Below are positions 50,431 through 64,000 of a stretch of DNA of 64,000 nt, in pieces. Position 1 is the first letter of the stretch, and each line of letters starts with the position of its first letter. The stretch lies in assembly GCA_950097015.1 (NCBI GenBank), contig CATNEN010000011.1:6262001-6326000 (forward strand), in the 5' to 3' direction. The stretch is from Macrostomum hystrix (lineage: Eukaryota; Animalia; Platyhelminthes). The notes beneath the pieces are model-generated. The model was given only the letters and a program-made list of their open reading frames with translations. It ran no database searches and was not told where the DNA came from. The position numbers and the translations under genes are program-made.

Positions 50431-51139
50431 ATACCCTCCTTTGAGAAATTAACTCATTCCATCATTCCTTACCTCTTTATCATTTTTCATCATATTCCCA
50501 AAAAGATTTGGAAATATTTCCAGTTCTTCAATTACCATATTTTGCCTTAAATGCTGTGCCAATGTTTCACTAGTGTACTATCAGTAGTATCTATGTATTC
50601 TAAGCCTTTTTGTGGTGTCATTATCACATGAAGGCCCCATAAAATCTCCAAAGAAAGTTTTTCTATAAATTTTGAAACTATGAAGACGACAAAAATGCAG
50701 ATTTAATAGATTAGATTTCCTACTGGTGAGCTGTACACATGCCGTGGTTTTAAAAAACAGTTGCATTTCGTCTAATTTTGGATAAATTTCATTGTACTGT
50801 ACATACTAATTCTGCACAAATAATTGGTGCTCTAGTCTGTGAATAAATTATTGTTATTGAGTATTAATTAATAATAATTCCATAATGTGGATTTGTAAAT
50901 TATTTTGCAAAAACTAACTTTGTTAAACCGTCTGCCATATCAATTTAAATAACATAATGTTATGATGATGCGGATTTTAATCATGTATTTTCCATTGTGG
51001 CTTTATCATTATCATATGCTTTCAGTAAACATTTTACACCAGCCCACAAATAAATCCGATTAATTTATCGGTAATGGTTACTCAATTAATTAATCTGACT
51101 GTCTACCTGTGCTATTCGCTTTTTGTTTCTTTATTCCCT

Positions 51140-52550
51140 GATTCTTGGGAAATCCTTCCTGATCTCCAGAATCGGAATTCCTCTATGATCCCAGATTGGG
51201 AAATCCTTCCTAATCCCAGATTGATAAATCCTCCTAATCCCATATTGGGAAATCCTTTTTCAATTCTAATCCCATATTGGGAAATCCTTCCTAATCCCAT
51301 ATTGGGAAATCCTTCCTAATCCCAGATTGGGAAATCCTTCCTAATCCCATATTTGGAAATCCTTCCTAATCCCATATTTGGAAATCCTTCCTAATCCCAT
51401 ATTGGGAAATCCTTCCTAATCCCATATTGGGAAATCCTTCCTACTCCCATATAGATAAATCCTTCCTAATCCCAGATTGGGAAATCCTTTCTAATCCCAG
51501 ATTGATAAATCCTTTCTAATCCCAGATTGATAAATCCTTCCTAATCCCAGATTGGGAAATCCTTTTTAAATTCTAATCCCATATTGGGAAATCCTTCCTA
51601 ATCCCAGATTGATAAATCCTTCCTAATCCCATATTGGGAAATCCTTCCTAATCCCAGATTGGGAAATCCTTCCTAATCCCATATTGGGAAATCCTTTTTA
51701 AATTCTAATCCCATATTGGGAAATCCTTCCTAATCCCAGATTGATAAATCCTTCCTAATCCCATATTGGGAAATCCTTTCTAATCCCAGATTGATAAATC
51801 CTTCCTAATCCCAGATTGATAAATCCTTCCTAATCCCATATAGATAAATCCTTCCTAATCCCAGATTGATAAATCCTTCCTAATCCCATATAGATAAATC
51901 CTTCCTAATCCCATATTGGGAAATCCTTCCTAATCCCAGATTGGGAAATCCTTTCTAATCCCAGATTGATAAATCCTTCCTAATCCCAGATTGGGAAATC
52001 CTTCCTAATCCCATATTGGGAAATCCTTTTTAAATTCTAATCCCATATTGGGAAATCCTTCCTAATCCCAGATTGGGAAATCCTTTCTAATCCCAGATTG
52101 ATAAATCCTTCCTAATCCCATATAGATAAATCCTTCCTAATCCCATATTGGGAAATCCTTCCTAATCCCAGATTGGGAAATCCTTTCTAATCCCAGATTG
52201 ATAAATCCTTCCTAATCCCAGATTGGGAAATCCTTCCTAATCCCATATTGGGAAATCCTTTTTAAATTCTAATCCCAGATTGGGAAATCCTTCCTAATCC
52301 CAGATTGATAAATCCTTCCTAATCCCATATTGGGAAATCCTTCCTAATCCCAGATTGGGAAATCCTTTCTAATCCCAGATTGATAAATCCTTTCTAATCC
52401 CAGATTGATAAATCCTTCCTAATCCCAGATTGGGAAATCCTTTTTAAATTCTAATCCCATATTGGGAAATCCTTCCTAATCCCAGATTGATAAATCCTTC
52501 CTAATCCCATATTGGGAAATCCTTCCTAATCCCAGATTGGGAATTCTTCC
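51140..52550. repeat. 25-bp minisatellite (attgggaaatccttcctaatcccag)
   Basis: About 50 units with periodic 31-bp variant. Confidence 0.97.
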
Positions 52551-53271
52551 CACTTCTCTTCAAAGCCAAGTTCTTATGATGCAATCAAATCGCTTAGTTT
52601 AAGCAGTGGTGCTGTCTAACTAGCTGCTGCTGTCTCAGCGGTGGTCATGCTGGACTTCTCGCATTCTACTCGCAAAAAGAGTCACACAAAAGTAGAATTT
52701 CGCCCACCCCTTTAGTCAGTCCCGAGATTCGAGTTGAAGAAGAAGTTGTGCATATAGATTGGCTAATTTGCTCCAGCCCCTGTGAGACGGAGAGTGACCG
52801 GTTGGGCAGAATGTCAAACTGGCTTCCAGTTTGTCTTCCCGGCCGCAGTGCTGGTGCGTTTTTTCGTTTCTGTCAAGCTTCAATTTTGTGAGGGAGAAAA
52901 TATGCAGATAAAATTGAGTTTGCTTGTAAAGTTCTAGTAACTGACAGTGACAAATTGGTTTCAACGATTCCACAAACCTTCACTTTAGACAAGCTTAAGC
53001 TATTAGGAATTTCAAGCCCTTAAAAAATTGCAACTGTGCAGCCAAAAATGTAAATTTGACATCCTTCAAGATCCTCATTAACCGTAGAAAGAAGTTCGAA
53101 CAAACTCACCCATCATTGTGCCTTAAAAATGTACTAGGAAAATGTACTTTTACAATGTGGATCGAGTCTACCTCAAATGTGTCATCACGAAAGTCATGAC
53201 CAATGTGAAACTAGTTAGGAGTTTATTCTCGATTGTACTTTTAGGTACAAAATTGCTTGATAAACGAAGTT

Positions 53272-53575
53272 AGTAAAAGCAGAGCGGTTAACGCGCTTGC
53301 CTCTCGCACCAAGGTCCCTGAGCTCGATTCCGCGGCGAGGCCACATCCCCTGAGGGCCAACCTCCAAGGCACAGTGACAGTGTACACTGCCTGACGATGA
53401 GAAAGCCAGGGCAGATGTACACACCTGTGTGAGCGTGTGCCTGCGTACAGTATCTGTGTGCGTGTGTGCTCAGGAGTCAGCGAAATGGGCAGAATTGCCT
53501 CCTCGCTGGCTGCGGGTCTAGTGTCATCAAATGATGTGCCATTGCCCGCAGCCCTCCTGCAATTATTATTTATAT
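53272..53575 (+). mobile_element. SINE family A copy (short internal deletion)
   Basis: gcagagcggttaacgcgcttgcctctcgcaccaaggtccctgagctcgattcc head; tail gccctcctgcaattattatt. Confidence 0.88.
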
Positions 53576-54429
53576 TTATATTTTTATTTTTATCGTAAAG
53601 TAGGCACTGGTTATTTGCAATGCCCTAGTGCATTTTTCTGCGAAAGAAACTAGCCTCTTTAGGTTTTCTAAGAAACTTGTTTTCCTGCAATTCTACTCCT
53701 ATTGGTCCTGAGATAAATAGTCTGAGTGTCTCAGACCAGATTATTTTGGTCACTTATTGATCTGCAGCTTTTCTACAATTCTCCTCAGCGGCAGATAATG
53801 GCCATCGACTGTCCGCGGGCAGGCTTGCAGACGAGCGCCTTAAAGTGCAAACTGCCGAGCCCCTCCCCTGGCCCCCAGGAGTATTCTCACGCAGTCTATC
53901 ATTTGCCGCATGAGAGCCCATAGATTAGCATTGTGAATGGGAGAATGAGGAGTTGACGGTGATAAAGCTTCCCCTACTATCTGGGGTAGAGGAGCTGAGT
54001 TTCCCCGCTGAACACGGCTTTCCGTGTTGTACTGGCAGCCTGCCAGCTCCAGGACTAAATCCTGTTCGAGTTTTGCTGCTGAGGAAAATTGTGGAAAAGT
54101 TGATCAACTGTTTTCAATTTTCGCTCCTTCCTTTGCCTGATTTTAGATTTTTTTCTGTAGTCAGACTGAAAATTCTGTAGCTAGTGCAAAAATAAATGCA
54201 CTTTTTGAAAATGAACTATAAGTGCTTGATTGATTCGTTGCCACCTGCTCGGCAACTACTGGCTAATTCCTCTGAAGTAACTAACTGATTAACTTGGCCA
54301 GGTGTTTCAAGCTAAAACTGCTGATGAACTAACACAAGAGCCAAGAGAAACCTAGGCACTAGACTAGATAAGTAAGAGTGAGATTTGATTGATAGATTGA
54401 TAGTAATATTGAGATTCTTAGATAGTAGT

Positions 54430-54970
54430 ATATAGTTTGATAGATTTGTAGGATAAGGACTCATAGAAATGTAGGATAAAGACCGATAGAAATGTAGGAT
54501 AAAGACTGATAGAAATGTGGGATAAAGGCTGATAAAAATTTAGGATAAAGACCGACAGAAATATAGGATAAAGAGTGTTAGAAATGTAGGATAAAGACTG
54601 ATAGATATGTAGGTTAAAAGCTGATAGAAATGTAGGATAAAGACCGATATAAATGTAGGATAAAGACTCATAGAAATGTAGGAGAAAGACTGATAGAAAT
54701 TTAGGATAAAGACTGATAGAAATGTAGGAAAAGATTGATAGAAATGTAGGATAAAGACCGATAGAAATGTAGGATAAAGAACGATAGACATGTAGGATAA
54801 AGACCGATATAAATGTAGGATAAAGACTCATAGAAATGTAGGAGAAAGACTGATAGAAATTTAGGATAAAGACTGATATAAATGTAGGATAAAGACTCAT
54901 AGAAATTTAGGATAAAGACTGATAGAAATGTAGGATAAAGACCGATAGAAGTGTAGGATAAAGACTGATA
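54430..54970. repeat. 23-bp minisatellite (tagaaatgtaggataaagaccga)
   Basis: About 23 units. Confidence 0.95.
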
Positions 54971-55241
54971 AGAACATCTCAAAGGCCACTAAATCATACA
55001 AGTTATAAAAAGTAGTCTTATCCTATAACACAGTAGATAAGCAGTAAGAACTACACAGACACGCATTGGGAGCCTTTTAGGCCACTTGGAGATGAAAGGT
55101 AACGAATTTGCCATCGGCAGAAACCCCAAAGTATGAGTATTAAACTCGCCAGCCCATCATATTTCACTCTGTCCTCAGCCTCTTATCTGTAGATTTTGGT
55201 CCTGCCGACAATGTCCATTTGGGGTGGCGGTCGCATTTCAT

Positions 55242-55288
<47 letters not shown>

Positions 55289-55489
55289 AAAAATGAAAAC
55301 TATCAGCGAATTTCTAAAGGTTTCTAAATTTTTTTAACTATTCAATTAAATATAAACGAAAAGAAGTAGGTAAAATTAAATTTTCAGCATTAAATGGGCC
55401 CCTCTTCGATTTTTTTGTTTGCCTTGAAGTTCAAAACAATTTTGTTAACAAAGTGAATTTTCTAATTTTTTGCTTTGCTTACTAATGGT

Positions 55490-57355
55490 GAGACTGGTGA
55501 GACTAGAGAGATTAGTGGTGAGATAAGAGAGATCAGTGGTGAGATTAGAGAGATCAGTGGTGAGATTAGAGAGATCGGTGGTTAGATTAGAGAGATCGGT
55601 AGTGAGATTAGAGAGATCGGTAGTGAGATTAGAGAGATCGGTGGTGACACTAGAGAGATCAGTGGTGAGTCTAGTGAGATAATTAGTGAGATTAGAGAGA
55701 TAAGTGGTGAGACTAGAGATCGGTGGTTAGATTAGAGAGATAAGTGGTGAGACTAGAGAGATCGGTGGTGAGATTAGAGAGATCAGTGATAGATTAGAGA
55801 GATCGGTGGTGACACTAGAGAGATAAGTGGTGAGATTAGAGAGATAAGTGGTGAGACTAGAGAGATAAGTGGTGAGACTAGAGAGATCGGTGGATAGATT
55901 AGAGAGATCGGTAGTGAGACTAGAGAGATAAGTGGTGAGACTAGAGAGATCGGTGGATAGATTAGAGAGATCGGTAGTGAGATTAGAGAGATAAGTGGTG
56001 AGATTAGAGAGATCGGTGGATAGATTAGAGAGATCAGTGGTGAGACTAGAGAGATCGGTGGTTAGATTAGATAGATCGGTAGTTAGATTAGAGAGATAAG
56101 TGGTGAGATTAGAGAGATCGGTGGATAGATTAGAGAGATCGGTAGTTAGATTAGAGAGATCGGTAGTTAGATTAGAGAGATCGATGGTGAGATTAGAGAG
56201 ATCGATGGTGAGATTAGAGAGATCGGTGGTGAGATTAGAGAGATCGGTAATGAGATTAGAGAGATCGATGGTGAGATTAGAGAGATCGATGGTGAGATTA
56301 GAGAGATCGATGGTGAGATTAGAGAGATCGGTAGTTAGATTAGAGAGATCGATGGTGAGATTAGAGAGATCGATGGTGAGATTAGAGAGATCGGTGGTGA
56401 GTCTAGTGAGATAAGTAGTGAGATTAGAGAGATCGGTGGTGAGATTAGAGAGATCGGTGGTGAGATTAGAGAGATCGGTGGTGAGATTAGAGAGATCGGT
56501 GGTGAGATTAGAGAGATCGGTGGTGAGATTAGAGAGATCGGTGGTGAGACTAGAGAGATCGGTGGTTAGATTAGAGATATCGGTAGTTAGATTAGAGAGA
56601 TCGATGGTGAGATTAGAGAGATCGGTAGTTAGATTAGAGAGATCGATGGTGAGATTAGAGAGATCGATGGTGAGATTAGAGAGATCGGTGGTGAGTCTAG
56701 TGAGATAAGTAGTGAGATTAGAGAGATCGGTGGTGAGATTAGAGAGATCGGTGGTGAGTTTAGAGAGATAAGTGGTGAGATTAGAGATATCGGTAGTTAG
56801 ATTAGAGAGATCGATGGTGAGATTAGAGAGATCGGTAGTTAGATTAGAGAGATCGATGGTGAGATTAGAGAGATCGATGGTGAGATTAGAGAGATCGGTG
56901 GTGAGTCTAGTGAGATAAGTAGTGAGATTAGAGAGATCGGTGGTGAGATTAGAGAGATCGGTGGTGAGTTTAGAGAGATAAGTGGTGAGATTAGAGAGAT
57001 CGGTGGTGAGATTAGAGAGATAAGTGGTGAGATTAGAGAGATCGGTGGTGAGACTAGAGAGATCGGTGGTTAGATTAGAGATATCGGTAGTTAGATTAGA
57101 GAGATCGATGGTGAGATTAGAGAGATCGGTAGTTAGATTAGAGAGATCGATGGTGAGATTAGAGAGATCGATGGTGAGATTAGAGAGATCGGTGGTGAGT
57201 CTAGTGAGATAAGTAGTGAGATTAGAGAGATCGGTGGTGAGATTAGAGAGATCGGTGGTGAGATTAGAGAGATCGGTGGTGAGATTAGAGAGATCGGTGG
57301 TGAGATTAGAGAGATCGGTGGTGAGATTAGAGAGATCGGTGGTGAGATCAGAGAG
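55490..57355. repeat. 21-bp minisatellite (gagattagagagatcggtggt) with block duplications
   Basis: About 85 units; recurring gagtctagtgagataagtagt variant. Confidence 0.97.
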
Positions 57356-57702
57356 ATTGATGAATTATCAGAAACATTTGTTTGATGCAGCCGACCCCAT
57401 TTGAAACGCAGGGTTTCAGATGAAGTTTAGAAATAAAAATGAGATTGTAGCCAGCTGTAGCCAGTAACTTAATAACTTCTGCTCAACCTCTGCCATCCTC
57501 TGTTCCACTGCCATCATCCTTATCGTCCGCGGATACACTCATATTACTTTAAAAGGACTTAAGAGTAATAAAGTGGAAGCCATAAGAGTTATTTTATCGC
57601 CATATCACCATATTATAGATTGTGAGCATGGTTTTGCTCCTGCGGTTCTGAGTCGTAAAAGTTATGTAGAAACTAGGTTCTCGAATGACTTGTGTGTAAA
57701 CT

Positions 57703-58290
57703 AGGGAGAGGATGGGAGAGTAGGGAGAGGATGGGAGAGTAGGGAGAGGATGGGTGAGGATGAGAGGATGGGAGGATGGGAGAGTAGGAGAGGATGGGAG
57801 AGTAGGAGAGGATGGCAGAGTAGGAGAGGATGGGAGAGTAGGGAGAGGATGGGAGAGGATGAGAGGATGAGAGGATGGGAGAGTAGGAGAGGATGGGAGA
57901 GTAGGAGAGGATGGGAGAGGATGAGAGGATGAGAGGATGGGAGAGTAGGAGAGGATGGGAGAGTAGGAGAGGATGGGAGAGTAGGGAGAGGATGGGAGAG
58001 TAGGGAGAGGATGGGAGAGGATGGGAGAGTAGGAGAGGATGGGAGAGGATGGGAGAGGATGAGAGAGTAGCGGGAGTAGGGAGAGGATGAGAGACTGGGG
58101 AGAGTAGGGAGAGGATGAGAGAGAGTATCGAGATTATGGAGAGGATGGGAGACTGGGGAGAGTAGGGAGAGGATGAGAGAGAGTATCGAGATTATGGAGA
58201 GGATGGGAGACTGGGGAGAGTAGGGAGAGGATGAGAGAGAGTAGCGAGATTAGGGAGAGGATGGGAGACTGGGGAGAGTAGGGAGAGGAT
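57703..58290. repeat. Purine-rich repeat (gggagaggatgggagagta)
   Basis: Degenerate tandem units. Confidence 0.93.
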
Positions 58291-58909
58291 CAGAGTTAGT
58301 GTGCACCGCACAGCCGAGTTCGGAGGCAGTGCAATAAATAATAATTCCCTCGCACTGAAGCCAGTTTGTCGGTGGTAACACAATCCAGATTCTCGCTAAA
58401 AAAACTGCTTAGTTTAGCCTGGAAGGATGGATAATCTCACATCCCAGCATTGGGATATTGGGAGAACCAAAACTCATCACCCTACTCACACACTCCAGGC
58501 CTCACAAAGCCAAGTCTGGGAATGCGGCTTCAAGCACTCGAGTCGTCAATTTTTCCAATGAAAAAGAGAGACAGGAATAGATCGGAAAAGTGGGGAAAAT
58601 ATGCCAAAACTCTCTCAGCAGCCCCTTTCTAGGAATTCTCTCTCATCCCCTTTTCATCGCCCAGGATTTTTTTCTCCCTACTTCGTTCTCTCCCCCTTAC
58701 CGATCCCAAATACAGCCTAGTCAACCTAGCATTGAATTTCTCCCCTTTCGCCTGATTCCCAAGGCTGCTCCTCAGCAAACTGCCGATTGGACTAGAATGG
58801 AATGGGAGGGTGGGAGTTGGGAGTGAGGAGGCAGGATGGCAGGCCGAGTGAAATAGTTGGAACAAAAGTACAGCTGTCAGGCCCGATAGCAAGCGTTGAA
58901 TACCGACAG

Positions 58910-58951
<42 letters not shown>

Positions 58952-59058
58952 AACAAAACGGGCAACCAAAAAGTAGACTGAAATTCTACGCTAACAAGAA
59001 ACAAAATCCATTAGCTATTACTTTCTTACCTTGACGGTGATTCGCTGCAATCAGCTAG

Positions 59059-63204
<4,146 letters not shown>

Positions 63205-63599
63205 GGATTTGGGTATTTTATGCTGCTACTAAGTAGTAAGCATATTTTATAGCTGTCAAACACATCAAAAAGTGCAGGATCCAAGCCAGAGCGGCTGAAA
63301 TCCCCAAATTGAATCTACGCTGATCCCATAATTAATAGTGTAAGCGCAAGTGTAACCAACTGGCTGTGATTTATGAAATTATGATTTTGCCTAACCGCAG
63401 TGTAGGCTGTCAAACGGTATGCAAGCAGCGTTAGAGATTAGGTGCAATAAATATGAATCAAGTATTAAATATAACCTAGCTACAGTAGCACTGGTATTAA
63501 TTTCTGCCCTCAGTTCAGTACTGACTGTAATCGTTCGTTCAGTAGTGTTAGCTGTAGGCATGGAGTTATATCGTAGTGTGCGTTTATCTGTGTTGGCTC

Positions 63600-64000
63600 A
63601 CTGCCCCCTGGCCTGAGCCATTCGCAGTGTCAGCAGACCCACGCAACGCGGGCAAGCGCTGGAGTCAATGGGTGTCTCGTTTTGAAGACTTCAATGATGC
63701 ATCAGGCATCACCAACGAGAAGCAATTAGGTGCAACTGCTGAGCTACACAGCCGACATCATCCGTGAAAACGCCGACCTGACAGCGAAAGCACAGGCCGG
63801 TGAACTCACACTCCCGCATACGCCAGACGCTCTAAAGTCTTACTTCAATGCCCGGAAAAACGTAGTCTTCACTGCAGATACAAGTTCCGCCTCAGTACGC
63901 AGGCAGCTCTCAAGAATCTATTGACGCATGGTACGCCAGATTGGGCACAGCTGCAGAGCCGCGCGAGCTCTAGAATCTCAAAGACTCCCTCATCAGGGAC
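63600..64000 (+). pseudogene. Decayed Ty3/Gypsy gag N-terminus, running off the right edge
   Basis: PEPF..DP...RWSQWVSRFEDFNDASGI, QLLSY, LKSYFNARKNVVF, YKFRLSTQ, QESIDAWYARL, KDSLIRD across shifting frames. Confidence 0.75.

Noticed and set aside
53385-53420. Hammerhead in SINE-A (ctgacgatgagaaag)
   Set aside because: The bases form a simple hairpin in all copies, and the CUGANGA-like motif is not conserved among them.
55213-55320. Signal-peptide-like exon MSIWGGGRISW(L)n KNENYQRISK
   Set aside because: Hydrophobic run is just a CTG microsatellite; no compatible downstream exon found.
63401-63484. 84-bp TGTAG...CTACA candidate LTR with AATAAA
   Set aside because: Very short, no clear primer-binding site directly after it, and no second LTR in the window to confirm.

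Overview
Eukaryotic (animal) genomic DNA with GC-rich exons and introns packed with minisatellites. The style suggests a Macrostomum-like free-living flatworm, which is an inference I cannot verify here. I could hand-assemble eight spliced genes with phase-consistent splice sites: an atypical (Gyc88E-like) soluble guanylyl cyclase running off the left edge (-), a ~699-aa orphan (-), an FSIP1-like protein (-), a ~593-aa MGCGNS-led coiled-coil protein of unknown function (+), a GH47 alpha-1,2-mannosidase (-), a calmodulin-like protein (-), GCN2/eIF2AK4 (+, ~1902 aa) and a SCHIP1 homolog with an N-terminal IQ motif (+). A small single-pass membrane ORF is less certain. Mobile DNA: one intact DD34D mariner with perfect 29-bp TIRs and TA duplication, two decayed Tc1-like elements, a Gypsy gag remnant, two tRNA-derived SINE families and more than 25 tandem arrays. 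Most striking: (1) an IQCJ-SCHIP1-like architecture, with the IQ motif split by a 26-nt first coding exon; (2) a 124-bp TA-CGAGG...CCTCG-TA unit carrying the mariner's terminal bases around DNA copied from a neighbouring Tc1; (3) a minisatellite array with duplicated flanks and a templated insert, suggesting arrays arise by repair synthesis; (4) an orphan gene whose best acceptor leads straight into an in-frame TAA. No CRISPR, rRNA or intact tRNA gene was supported. Family assignments rest on remembered motifs, not database searches.
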